Shown: piece by piece, positions 45,861 through 58,158 of the stretch
How the letters are laid out: every line of letters starts with the position of its first letter
How positions within the stretch are numbered: the first letter of the stretch is position 1
Origin: Pirellulales bacterium
GTDB lineage: Bacteria > Planctomycetota > Planctomycetia > Pirellulales > JAICIG01
DNA: 64,000 nt
NCBI GenBank assembly: GCA_040901675.1
Contig: JBBDYJ010000017.1
Span: 64,001-128,000, forward strand
Direction: 5' to 3'
Translations under genes and position numbers: made by a program
Notes under the pieces: model-generated
What the model saw: only the letters and a program-made list of their open reading frames with translations
Database searches by the model: none
What the model was told of the DNA's origin: nothing

Positions 45861-47180
45861 CTACTCGTGGCGCAGCGCCTCGATGGGATCCATCAGCGCC
45901 GCCCGGCGGGCGGGATAGAGCCCGAAGACCACACCGACCCCGACCGAGATCAAGAAGGCCGCGGCCACGGACCAGACGGCGATACGCGGCTCGAGCTCTT
46001 GGACGACGGGTGGTAGATCGGCCATCAATTCCAGCTTGCCCAAGATCCATTTGACCGTCTCGATGGCGTAGGGGCAGAGGAAGCCGATGAGCACGCCGAG
46101 CAGGCCGCCGGTGGCGGAAAGCACCACGGTCTCGGTGAGAAACTGCTGGATGATGTCGCGCTGTTTGGCGCCCAGGGCGCGGCGGATGCCGATCTCGCGG
46201 GTCCGCTCGGTGACGGTGGCCAACATGATGTTCATGATGCCGATGCCGCCGACCAAGAGCGAGATGCCGGCAATGACAATCAAGAGCACGTTGAACATCA
46301 TCCGCAGGATCTCGGCCTGGCGCAGCAACTCCTTGGGGACGATCACCGCATAGTCCGTCGTTTTGTGGAAGCGCTCCAGCAGGATGCGGACCACGTCGGC
46401 GGTGTCGTCGACCTCCGTGATGTCTCCCACGGTGAGCGTGATCTGGCTGAGTTGGACGATCTCGCCCTCGCGGCTGCCGGCCTTGGACGTGAAGACCTGG
46501 TCGCCGATGCGAGCGCGCAGGGTTTCCAGCGGGATGTAGACGTCCTTGTTGTAGTCCTGGCCCGAGAAGCTGCCGCCGATGTTGCCCGAAGCGGTGCGGT
46601 TTCTGGTCTGGCCCACGATGACATAGAAATCCTTATCGATCTGGATCGTCTTGCCGATCGGATCCTCGTAGGGAAAGAGCTGTCCGGCCGTCTCATGGGC
46701 CAGCACGCAGACGTTGTCGACGCGGTCCAGATCGCGGTCGGAAAGAAAACGGCCGCGGGCCAGATCGAGGTTGTTCATCGCCAGGTATTCAGGGGTGCAG
46801 CCGACGAGGCGGCTCTCGACGGTCCGGTCGAGGTAGCGGACCTCCTTGGAAATCTCGCGTAGAGGCACTGCCCGGAGAACGGTGGGAATGGTCGTGGAAA
46901 TGCGTTGGTAGTCGTCGCGCAACAGACCGTAGCTGACGAACATGCCGGCGGTCTGGTCCGTGCTGCCGACTGGCTTGATGCTGCGGATGATAATGTTGGT
47001 CGCGCCCAGGTCCTTGATCTGCTGCTGGGCCTGGTAACTGACACCCTCGCCCATGGCGACCAGCCAGATCACGGCCGTCACGCCGATCATAATGCCCAGC
47101 ACCGCCAGACCGGAGCGGAGCTTGTGCAGCAGCAGGCTCTTGACGCCGAGCCGGAGTGTTTGCAGGAACTTCGAACGCAA
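45861..47180 (-). CDS. MacB/FtsX-type ABC permease without a fused ATPase domain
   Basis: HKLRSGLAVLGIMIGV, ISLLVGGIGIMNIMLATVTERTREIGIRRALGA and PARRAALMDPIEALRHE. Confidence 0.92.
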   Translation of the reverse strand: MRSKFLQTLRLGVKSLLLHKLRSGLAVLGIMIGVTAVIWLVAMGEGVSYQAQQQIKDLGATNIIIRSIKPVGSTDQTAGMFVSYGLLRDDYQRISTTIPTVLRAVPLREISKEVRYLDRTVESRLVGCTPEYLAMNNLDLARGRFLSDRDLDRVDNVCVLAHETAGQLFPYEDPIGKTIQIDKDFYVIVGQTRNRTASGNIGGSFSGQDYNKDVYIPLETLRARIGDQVFTSKAGSREGEIVQLSQITLTVGDITEVDDTADVVRILLERFHKTTDYAVIVPKELLRQAEILRMMFNVLLIVIAGISLLVGGIGIMNIMLATVTERTREIGIRRALGAKQRDIIQQFLTETVVLSATGGLLGVLIGFLCPYAIETVKWILGKLELMADLPPVVQELEPRIAVWSVAAAFLISVGVGVVFGLYPARRAALMDPIEALRHE

Positions 47181-47278
47181 GTCGGTTGCCTTTCAAGCGT
47201 AAACGGGGTGCCGCTCTCCACCGCCGGCCGGTACGGTGGGCGGGCAGGCGAGCAGGATTCCACCAAGATCGAGCGGCG

Positions 47279-49204
47279 CTATAACGATCCGCCCGGCGCT
47301 CGGCCGCCGCCGGGTGCACCGCCGCCGGGACCGCCGAAGCCACCTTGAGAACGCATCTGTCGCATACGGGCCATCATCGCGTCGTTCTCGGCCTTGTCGA
47401 CAAAGCCGTCGCCATTGGCGTCGATGGTCTCAAACATGGGGCGGGCCTGTTCAGGGAACTCTTCCTTGCTAAGCTTGCCATCCTTGTCCTTGTCCATTTC
47501 CGTAAAGTCCATGCGGCGCCGTCCACCGCCCGGTCCGCCGGGGCCACCCGGCCCGCCGGGTCCGCCGGCTCCGGCCATACCGGGTCCAGCCGGTCCCGCT
47601 CCAGCCGGTCCACCAGGACCCATTCCAGCCCGTCCAGCGGGTCCTCCGGCCCCGGCCGGCCCCATCGCCCCCGGCCCGCCGGCCTGGGCTCCGATCGGCC
47701 CGCCGGCCGCGGCCGCCTCGCCGAAGGTTTTTTGCACGTCAACGGGCTCGTCGACGGCGGCACCTTCACGGGCTTCGGCCAATTGCGAGCGCGGATTCTG
47801 CAGGACGCGATCGCCGGCGTTGAGCCCATCCTTGATCTCGATGTTGGTGTCGTTGGTGGCGCCTAATACGAGTTCGCGGCGCTCGATTTCGCCGGCGGAG
47901 CTGCGGACCCAGGCGTAAAACTTGCGCCCTCTTTCCACGACGCACTGGACCGGGATGTTGATCACATCCTTGCGCTGGTCCACGAGGATCGTGACGTCGG
48001 CGGTCATGCCGGGTTTAAGGCCCTCGGGCTCGCCGTCGATCTTGACCAGCGTGGCGTATTCCTTGATGTTGCCCATCCAGCGGCTCGTTTGTTCAGGCTG
48101 GCTGGCCACGGTAGTCACTGTGCCTTGCAAGACGCGATCCTGGATTTTGATCCGGGCCCGCAATCCGCGCCGGATCGCATCGATCTTCGATTCGTGCACC
48201 AGGACCTTGACCTGCATGGTCGACAAGTCGGGCAGCCGGATAATCGACTGGTACTCCTTGACGGCCGCGCCCAACTCCACCTTGGGGGCTTGCTGGCCCC
48301 AGCCGCCGTCATCGTTGGCATAGACCACCATGCCGTCCTGGGGAGCACTCAGGATGCACTTTTTCATTTGGGTTTCCAGCCGCGTCAGCTTGGCAGATTC
48401 CATGTCGAAAGTCGCCAGCTCGCTGTTCATCTGCGCCTCGGCGCTGTCGCGTGCGCTGGTGAGGTCCTCGAGCATCTTTTCCTTGGTGTATTTCTCCAGC
48501 ACGTTCAGCGCGGTCTGGGCATTGGCCAGGTCGAGCTTGGCCCGCTCGACGGCGAAGGCGTGCGACTCGCGCTGCAGTTGGGTCACGTACCCTTTGCGAA
48601 GCATCCGATCGCTGAACGCCAGCGTGTTCTGGGCGCTGCGGAGGTTCTCCTCGGCCACCTTGATGTTGGCTTCCAGGGTCTGCTTCTCCTGCACGAAGGT
48701 GCCTTCCAAGTATTCCTGTACCGCGATCTTGGCGGCCGACCAGGTGCTCTCGGCGGTGATCTTGGCGGCCAGGGCCTTGGCGACAAGAATCTTCTGCGCA
48801 TTGACGTTGTCTTCAATGGTGGCGGAGTCGAGGCGGACCAGCTCGTCCCCCTTTTTCACCATCGTCCCGTCCGGCACGATGCTGAGGATCGTGGAACCGC
48901 CAGCCACTTCGCACTTCAGCTCGACGTTGCTGGCGCTTTCGAGGTTGCCGTCTTCCGTCACGGTCACCAGCAGATCGGAACTCTTGACCTCGGCGGTGAT
49001 CATCTTGCTCGCCAGGGCGGATCCGGACGTGGATGTCAGGGTGGCGTAGGCGACCGCGGCCAGGCCGACGATCAACGCCAACGCCAGCAGGGCCACAATC
49101 CAACGGCCCGCATTGGAACGGCGGCGTGGACCACGAGCCGGCTGCTCGGAGTGCTTCCAACGGGCCAGGGAGGCGGAGTCTTTTTCGACCGCAGGGGCGG
49201 ACAT
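47279..49204 (-). CDS. MacA/HlyD-type adaptor with Gly/Pro linker and C-terminal EF-hand pair
   Basis: TM anchor, [22 protein letters not shown] and [21 protein letters not shown] and [12 protein letters not shown]. Confidence 0.9.
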   Translation of the reverse strand: MSAPAVEKDSASLARWKHSEQPARGPRRRSNAGRWIVALLALALIVGLAAVAYATLTSTSGSALASKMITAEVKSSDLLVTVTEDGNLESASNVELKCEVAGGSTILSIVPDGTMVKKGDELVRLDSATIEDNVNAQKILVAKALAAKITAESTWSAAKIAVQEYLEGTFVQEKQTLEANIKVAEENLRSAQNTLAFSDRMLRKGYVTQLQRESHAFAVERAKLDLANAQTALNVLEKYTKEKMLEDLTSARDSAEAQMNSELATFDMESAKLTRLETQMKKCILSAPQDGMVVYANDDGGWGQQAPKVELGAAVKEYQSIIRLPDLSTMQVKVLVHESKIDAIRRGLRARIKIQDRVLQGTVTTVASQPEQTSRWMGNIKEYATLVKIDGEPEGLKPGMTADVTILVDQRKDVINIPVQCVVERGRKFYAWVRSSAGEIERRELVLGATNDTNIEIKDGLNAGDRVLQNPRSQLAEAREGAAVDEPVDVQKTFGEAAAAGGPIGAQAGGPGAMGPAGAGGPAGRAGMGPGGPAGAGPAGPGMAGAGGPGGPGGPGGPGGGRRRMDFTEMDKDKDGKLSKEEFPEQARPMFETIDANGDGFVDKAENDAMMARMRQMRSQGGFGGPGGGAPGGGRAPGGSL

Positions 49205-49487
49205 GGCGGCAACCTCGAATGATCTTGCTGTGGAGATGGACAAAAGCCGAACGCGGTAGCGCAAACATACGGCGGCGCGTGGTGGGCCTGCCTATTTAAC
49301 CGCCGAGCGGTGGCAGCAGACCGCCGCGAGTATAGAAATCAAAAAAGAAGCCGATGACTCGGGGCGGCCGGTGGGCGTGGGTTCAGGCATACCCCCCAGC
49401 AGGGTATTGTGGGCCATTCCGGGGAAGATTTCAAGGGGAGGGGCGGGAAAGGCAGAAGGAGGAAGGCAGAAGGAGGAAGGAGGCGGA

Positions 49488-50291
49488 TCATTCGACGACC
49501 AGGCCGTCGAGGTCCTCGGCGGGGGGCGGAAAGCGCGGATCCATTTGTTCCAGCGTATTGCGAAGGATGCGGCTGACGATCAGATTGCGGTGCCATTTGC
49601 GATCGGCGGGCACGATGTGCCAGGGAGCATGCCCGAGATTGGTGCGGGTGATCGCGTCCTGGTAGGCCTGCTGATAGTCGTCCCACAGCTTACGCTCGTC
49701 GAGATCGCGGCGATTGAACTTCCAGCGCTTCGACGGGTTATCCAGGCGGGCCTGCAGGCGCTTGCGCTGTTCGTCCTTGCTGATGTGCAGGAAAATCTTG
49801 ACCACCGTCGTGCCCGCTTCGGTGAGCAGGCGTTCGAAGTCGTTGATGTGGTCGTACCGCAGTCTCCACTCCTGCTCGGGCACCAGGCCGTGGACCCGGA
49901 CGATCACCACGTCCTCGTAATGCGAACGGTTGAAGATGCCGACCTCGCCGCGGCGGGGCACTTGCTTGTGGATCCGCCAGAGGAAGTCGTGATCGAGCTC
50001 TTCGGGGGTGGGCACTTTGAAGCTGCTGACGCGGCAACTCTGCGGGTTGAAGCCCTGCATCACCTTGCGGATCGTGCCATCCTTGCCCGCAGTGTCCATC
50101 CCCTGCAGCACCAGCAACAAGGCCCGGCGGTGCTCGGCGTACAGCCGGTATCCCAGGTCGGCCAGCACCTTCACGTTGTCTCTGGTTTCGGCCAACGCCG
50201 ATTTCTTGCCGGCCGCGCCGTCGCCGGCGGGGTCGAATTCGTCGAGGCGAACGGGACGACCCGGCTCGACCGTGGTTGTTGAGCGACTCAT
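49488..50291 (-). CDS. ppk2: Polyphosphate kinase 2 family protein (class III-like)
   Basis: LQGMDTAGKDGTI, SFKVPT.EELDHDFLWR, IFNRSHYEDV, KIFLHISKDEQ and APWHIVPADRKW. Confidence 0.93.
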   Translation of the reverse strand: MSRSTTTVEPGRPVRLDEFDPAGDGAAGKKSALAETRDNVKVLADLGYRLYAEHRRALLLVLQGMDTAGKDGTIRKVMQGFNPQSCRVSSFKVPTPEELDHDFLWRIHKQVPRRGEVGIFNRSHYEDVVIVRVHGLVPEQEWRLRYDHINDFERLLTEAGTTVVKIFLHISKDEQRKRLQARLDNPSKRWKFNRRDLDERKLWDDYQQAYQDAITRTNLGHAPWHIVPADRKWHRNLIVSRILRNTLEQMDPRFPPPAEDLDGLVVE

Positions 50292-50293
50292 GC

Positions 50294-50704
50294 TTACGAT
50301 AGCATAGCCGCGCCGCCGGTCCCATGCGCTGATCGGTTCAGCATGCCGGCCAGGTCGCTGACTATTTCGGCGCCCGCCGCCGCGCCCGCCGCCGCCGGGG
50401 CGGCCGGGCGGAGCGAAGCCCGCGCCCGCCGCAAGGCGCTTGCCAGCGGCCCAGCGCAGGCTGCCCTTCGCCCCGGGGCTTGAGGCACGGAGCCGGCAGT
50501 GCCAAAGCCGGCGCCAGCGGCCGGATTCTCGCCGCGGTCCGCCGGGCCCAGCGAAGCGCGGCTCACTTCGGTCCTGAGAATCCGCGTCTGGCCGGGGGCC
50601 TGGATGCCGACGCTCACCTTCGAGCCCCGGACCTTCAGGATCGTCACGACGATATCGTTTCCGATCTGGATTTGCTGTTCTGGCTTGCGGCTGAGGACCA
50701 ACAT
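50294..50704 (-). CDS. csrA: Carbon storage regulator with long Ala-rich C-terminal tail
   Basis: MLVLSRKPEQQIQIGNDIVVTILKVRGSKVSVGIQAP...ILRTE; RBS AAAGGAG. Confidence 0.88.
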   Translation of the reverse strand: MLVLSRKPEQQIQIGNDIVVTILKVRGSKVSVGIQAPGQTRILRTEVSRASLGPADRGENPAAGAGFGTAGSVPQAPGRRAACAGPLASALRRARASLRPAAPAAAGAAAGAEIVSDLAGMLNRSAHGTGGAAMLS

Positions 50705-50908
50705 GGTTGACACTCCTTTGCTCTGAAGAAACGGCCTCCTCTGGAACGGTTCGCAGTAGACGCAGAGTGTGTGCCAAAGCGGCAGAAAAAATGCCCCGCC
50801 GCGGAAAGGCATTGCTACTTGAATGGTTACGGCGGACCGGCCGGCGGCGGCGCGCCGCGTGCAGTGTACGTTTGTTACAAAAAGGATTGTAAGAGCGGGG
50901 AAACGGCT

Positions 50909-51649
50909 TCAGAGCGGGTCCGATCGGCGGGCGATTTCGTCGCGGAGCCGGGCGGCTCGCTCATATTCCTCGCTGGCCACCGCGTCGGCCAGTTGCTCGT
51001 TGAGGGTGCGGCCCACGTGGTAATGCTTGCGGAGCGATTCACGTAACTGCTCGAGCCGATCCACCAGCTCGTCGTCTTCGAAGCGCTCCTCCGCTTCCAC
51101 GTCGACAAAGAACCGCCGCATCCGCTCCAGTCCCTGGCTGATTTCTTCAATGGCCGCTTCTGGGGTACGCTCTTCGAGTTCCGCCAGGGCGGCCGCCTGG
51201 GTGCGATGGAAGAGGATAAACGGGCGGTACTGTTCGTGCGACATGGTCCACTGGTCGCTGGGCGAACACGAGCGGACAAAATCCATGAAAGCCAGGCTGT
51301 GGTCGGCGTCGCGGACCGCGCGGCGGAACTCGCGCAGCGCCAGCCAGCAGATGCGCCGCTGGTAAAACTGCACGAACTCGCGGTCCGCCTCCGCGCACTG
51401 CTCTTCGGTGAGCACGAAATCCTTGCCTTCGTGGACGGCCACCGCCAGCAGATAGTCGAAATAGGTGTCGGCGCCGGCCGGATGCTCGCCGTCCGGACGT
51501 CCCGTCACTTCGAGCTGCAACACGCCCATGTCGATCCGCATTTGGAGCACTTGCCGGCCATCCACACCCTTGACGAGCCGGGCCGCCACTTCGCCCGGCT
51601 CGTACTGCCACTCCCGCAGGATGTGATCGATGTGTCGTCGCTTCGCCAT
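50909..51649 (-). CDS. UvrB/UvrC (UVR) motif-containing protein
   Basis: C-terminal LNEQLADAVASEEYERAARLRDEI; LQMRIDMGVLQLE..GRPDG. Confidence 0.82.
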   Translation of the reverse strand: MAKRRHIDHILREWQYEPGEVAARLVKGVDGRQVLQMRIDMGVLQLEVTGRPDGEHPAGADTYFDYLLAVAVHEGKDFVLTEEQCAEADREFVQFYQRRICWLALREFRRAVRDADHSLAFMDFVRSCSPSDQWTMSHEQYRPFILFHRTQAAALAELEERTPEAAIEEISQGLERMRRFFVDVEAEERFEDDELVDRLEQLRESLRKHYHVGRTLNEQLADAVASEEYERAARLRDEIARRSDPL

Positions 51650-51790
51650 GGTTGACAAAGGAGCTTGTGGCGGACGCGAAAAACCGGGGGCGGCGGCCCG
51701 TTGGCTGCCTTGCTTGGTCTATTATAACACTCGGTCCAGCCGGGGGGCTCGGCACGACACCCACGGGCGGCACCCGGGCGATGCTGCGGG

Positions 51791-52285
<495 letters not shown>

Positions 52286-52561
52286 CGCCATTCCAGGTTT
52301 TGCCATTCCAGGTTTTGAAAGTTTGCTCGTCCTGCCGCCCGCGAGCGGCGCCGAGTGGGATCTTACCGGCGACGGCGGGCCAAGTCGAGCGGCCCAATAG
52401 GCACACGCCGCCCGGCGCGCGTATAATTGGCCGCCGGCGTGAGGCAGACAAGAGACGTCTCGAGCAGCGAACTTCGCGAACCGAAGGGGCCCCGCATCGG
52501 CGACTTGGCAGCCAGGCTGAGCGGACCAGCCCGCTGCCGCCCCCAAGCCCGGAGCGCATCG

Positions 52562-54388
<1,827 letters not shown>

Positions 54389-55236
54389 CCTCGCTGACAT
54401 GGGTGTGCAAGACTTCGGCGATGGTGGAGTAGGAGCTGCCGAGGGCCCTGAACAGGATGACGGTGCGTCGGCCGTAGTTGAGTTTTGCCAGGGCGTCTTT
54501 CAATTCGAGGTCTTTGTCAATGGCTCGTTGATCCAGGGCCGCGGATGCTCGGACAGCGCGCTGGCTGGGCTGTTCTTTCCTGGGAGCCGGACGCTTTTTG
54601 GACAACCGCCGCCGGGCTTGCCGGCAAAGCCGCTGCAAGACGGCGCCCATCCAGGCTCCGAATTGCAGATCGGCCTGGTGGATTTTGAGTCCCAACGAAG
54701 CGTTGCGGCTCAGTTTTTCGCCCAACAGCTTGATGACCTCCTGGCGCAGGTCTTCGGCCGAGGCGACGGCCCGATTCCTCTTCCACACGTAGTGCGACGA
54801 AAGATGATCGAGCTCGTTCTGAAACCAGGGATGTGAGAGCAGCAGATACCAGGTGTGCTTCCAATCCGAGTGGGGCAGAAACATCAGGCGGACAAACCAG
54901 TCCTTGAGATCCTCCCACGGGGGAGGTCCGGATCGATCTTTGCGCCTGGTTGCGGGAGTTCGACGTCCCATGGAACACCTATCCTTTGCAAGCCTCCAGC
55001 CAACGCGTGGACGGCAGTCGGTGATCGGCAGCGGTGCGGCGGCCCTGGCTGCGCGATCTCGAAGGGAGAGCCCGGTGACGACTACGAATGCCGCCGGTGC
55101 AGCTTGCCGGGCCTCTCCGAGGTAGATAGTCGAGATCCGTCGGAAAAACCTGACATGAATTCCGGGAATTTTTCAGGAATTTCCCGGTGAACGTTTGCGG
55201 GCGATCCAGCCGCACCCCCCACCTGGGCCGTCTGGC

Positions 55237-55656
55237 TCAATCCTCGTCAGGCGGTCGCCGGCGCTTTTTTTTCCGCGCATGCTGCTTCTTGGCGTTCAAG
55301 CGCCGCCCAACCGCGGATCGACTGGGGCGGGTCGGCTTTCGTAGGCGCCGGGGGGTGGCAACTTCCGCCAGCATCGACTCGAGCTTCGACAGGCAGTCGC
55401 CGACGTTGCGCCCCTGGTCTCGGTAGCGCTGGCTGGACACCAGCAAATCGCCCTGGGCCGTGATGCGACGCGCGAACCTGGCCACCAGGCGCTCCCGCAC
55501 GTCGTCGGGCAGGCTGGGGCTGGCCAGGACGGGCCAGCGCAGCAGGGCCTTGGTGTTGACCTTGTTGACGTTTTGCCCGCCGGGACCCGAGCTGCGCGCG
55601 AAGCTGAAGCTGAGCTCGCTGAGCGGAATCCGCACGCGTGATGTAACTTCGAGCAT
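55237..55656 (-). CDS. arfB: Alternative ribosome rescue peptidyl-tRNA hydrolase
   Basis: FARSSGPGGQNVNKVNTK, SQRYRDQGRN and basic tail RKPTRPS...RRL..KK. Confidence 0.94.
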   Translation of the reverse strand: MLEVTSRVRIPLSELSFSFARSSGPGGQNVNKVNTKALLRWPVLASPSLPDDVRERLVARFARRITAQGDLLVSSQRYRDQGRNVGDCLSKLESMLAEVATPRRLRKPTRPSRSAVGRRLNAKKQHARKKKRRRPPDED

Positions 55657-55757
55657 GGCGCTGTGGATCGTCAAGATGTTATAGTATAACGGGTTGGGAA
55701 AGGCGCCGTCGCATCGGCCTGGTAAACCGCAACCCGTCGCGTCGCGAGGAATCGAAG

Positions 55758-57245
55758 TTGGTATTGCCGGATCATTGCCGAACAACATTATTCCTGTTGG
55801 TTTTCGGGACATTCGCACTCCAAGCGGCCGCCGGACGAGGCGCACGCCCCGATCCCAGCGTACCCGAAAGGGACCGGCCCGAAGGTGCGACCAGCCCTAC
55901 TGACAACGTCACCGACCTGGGGACGCGGACAGCCGGCCACGACTGGCCGGCGTTTCTGGGTCCGACCGGCGACAGCAAGTCGGCGGAAACGGGCATCGTC
56001 ACCCAATGGCCGCCGGAGGGCCCCCGGCTGGTATGGCAACAAGTCGTCGGAGGGGGCTACGCCATGCCGGCGATCAGCCGCGGCCGGTTGTTCCAGTTCG
56101 CCCGCTACGGCGGGCGGGCGCGGCTGACCGCCATGCACAGCGAGAGCGGCGAGCATCTCTGGGAATTTGAGTACCCGACCGATTACCAGGACCTCTACGG
56201 CTACGACAACGGCCCGCGGTCGGCGGCCGTGGTGGACGGCGATCGGGTCTACATCTACGGGGCGGAAGGCATGCTGCACTGCCTGCGGGTCGCCGATGGC
56301 ACTCTGGTGTGGAAGGTCGACACGGCCCGCCAGTTCGGCGTAGTGCAGAATTTTTTCGGCGTCGGCAGTTGCCCGATGATCGAGGGCGACTTGTTGATCG
56401 CCGTGGTGGGCGGCAGCCCGGCGGCCAGCCGGCGCGTGCCGCCGGGCAGCCTCGACCTGGTGCGGCCCAACGGCACGGCGGTGGTGGCCTTCGACAAGCT
56501 CAGCGGCGAGGTCCGTTACCAACTGGGCGACGACCTGGCCGGTTACGCCAGCCCGGTCCCGGCCACCATCGGTGATCGGCGGTGGTGTTTCGTGTTCGCC
56601 AGGGAAGGCCTGCTGGGGTTTGAACCGGCCAGCGGACGACTCGACTTTCATTATCCCTGGAGGGCATCGCTGCTGGAGAGCGTCAACGCCAGCAACCCAG
56701 TGGTGGTCGGAGACCTGGTCTTCATCTCCGAAACGTATGGCCCTGGCAGCTCACTGCTCAAGGTAAGGCCGGGCGGATACGAACCGGTCTGGTCCGATGA
56801 AAAGCGCCGCCGCGACAAGAGCATGCAGACCCATTGGAACACGCCGATCCACCACGAGGGATTCCTGTACGGTTCCAGCGGCCGGCACGCCGAGAACGCC
56901 GAGCTGCGCTGTATCGAGCTCGCCAGCGGCAAAGTGATGTGGAGCAAGCCCGGGCTGACACGGGCCTCGCTGTTGTACATCGACGGCCACTTCGTCTGCC
57001 TGACCGAAATGGGCAGGCTGCTGCTCATCCGGGCCACGCCGGAGCGGTTCGAAGTGGTTGCCGAGGGCCGGCCTCGATCCATGGAAGCCGGGCCGTCGAG
57101 GCCGGCGGAGGAGCCGGCGCCGCTGCTGCGGTGGCCCGCTTGGGCGGCACCGATCGTTTCACACGGTTTGCTGTACGTGCGTGGGCGCGACCGGCTCGCC
57201 TGCCTGGAATTGATTCCCGAACAGCCGGCCGAGGAAGAGCCATGA
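55758..57245 (+). CDS. PQQ-like beta-propeller (BamB-like) protein
   Basis: DWPAFLGPTGD, GPRSAAVVDGDRVY, GYASPV, WNTPI and WAAPIVSHGLLYVR. Confidence 0.88.
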   Translation: MVLPDHCRTTLFLLVFGTFALQAAAGRGARPDPSVPERDRPEGATSPTDNVTDLGTRTAGHDWPAFLGPTGDSKSAETGIVTQWPPEGPRLVWQQVVGGGYAMPAISRGRLFQFARYGGRARLTAMHSESGEHLWEFEYPTDYQDLYGYDNGPRSAAVVDGDRVYIYGAEGMLHCLRVADGTLVWKVDTARQFGVVQNFFGVGSCPMIEGDLLIAVVGGSPAASRRVPPGSLDLVRPNGTAVVAFDKLSGEVRYQLGDDLAGYASPVPATIGDRRWCFVFAREGLLGFEPASGRLDFHYPWRASLLESVNASNPVVVGDLVFISETYGPGSSLLKVRPGGYEPVWSDEKRRRDKSMQTHWNTPIHHEGFLYGSSGRHAENAELRCIELASGKVMWSKPGLTRASLLYIDGHFVCLTEMGRLLLIRATPERFEVVAEGRPRSMEAGPSRPAEEPAPLLRWPAWAAPIVSHGLLYVRGRDRLACLELIPEQPAEEEP

Positions 57246-57294
57246 TTCGACCGATGCCCCGCCGCCGGCGTGGCAGCGTCGTGGTTGAACGCCG

Positions 57295-58095
57295 TCACAG
57301 CAGTTGGGCAAAAGCCTGCTTGGAATGGGCCAGCAGGTCGAAATAGTCGCTGGGCTTGAACTCCTCGCCGATCAACTCCACGTCGAAAAAACCATCGTAG
57401 CCGCCCGCCGCCAGAGCGTGCACGATCTCCTTCAGCGGCAGGGAACCTTCGCCCAGCCGGCTGCGATTCTGATCGTGGCGGGGGACAGCCTTGCCGTCTC
57501 CCAGGTGCACCACGGCCACCCGCTTGGCCACCGCGCCCAGCCGGCGGACGATGTCGGGATCGTGGCCCAGATGGTAGGTGTCGAAGACCAGTTGCAGCCA
57601 GGGGCTATCCACCATGTCGATCAGCGCCAGCGAATCGTCGAGGCCGTGCAGGAAGGTGCACTCCGCCCCGCAGGCCAGGTGCATCGGTTCGATGGCCAGA
57701 ACCACTTCGAGCTCGGCCGCCAGGGGGGCCAGTTCGCAAAGGGCCTCCTTGGCCAGCCGGCGGGCGTGATTGTGGGTGTGGCCGGCGCGGCCGCCACTGT
57801 AGACCACCAGGCAGCCGGCGCGCAAGTCGGCGGCCAGGCGGACCGCTTCCACTGCGTCTTCGATGCTTTCGCGGAGCGTCCGGCCGTCGCTTCCCGTGAA
57901 GCCCCCCGCCCAGAGAAGGTTGGAGACCTGCAAGCCGCTGTCGGCCAGCAGCTCGATCCCTTTTTCCTCGCCGAAGTCGGACAACTTCTGCCGCCAGACG
58001 CCAATGGCCGTGATGCCGGCTGCCGCGTAGTTGGCCACGTCTTCCTCGAATGACCAGCGATAAGTGGTCATTTCGTTCATCGATAAGCGGGCCAT
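57295..58095 (-). CDS. Sugar phosphate isomerase/epimerase (xylose-isomerase-like TIM barrel)
   Basis: LAIEPMH, FDTYH, VHLGD, RSRLGEG.LPL and GYDGFFDVE. Confidence 0.88.
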   Translation of the reverse strand: MARLSMNEMTTYRWSFEEDVANYAAAGITAIGVWRQKLSDFGEEKGIELLADSGLQVSNLLWAGGFTGSDGRTLRESIEDAVEAVRLAADLRAGCLVVYSGGRAGHTHNHARRLAKEALCELAPLAAELEVVLAIEPMHLACGAECTFLHGLDDSLALIDMVDSPWLQLVFDTYHLGHDPDIVRRLGAVAKRVAVVHLGDGKAVPRHDQNRSRLGEGSLPLKEIVHALAAGGYDGFFDVELIGEEFKPSDYFDLLAHSKQAFAQLL

Positions 58096-58158
58096 CGCTG
58101 TTCGCTCCTTCTGGCTTCTGCCGGCTGATGCCCCCGGGTCCGTGCTGAGGCAGGCCGA

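Noticed and set aside
56488..56505. CTTCGACAAGCTCAG resembling element B inside the PQQ gene
   Set aside because: It encodes AFDKLSG, an ordinary propeller-blade motif, and there is no sign of an insertion.
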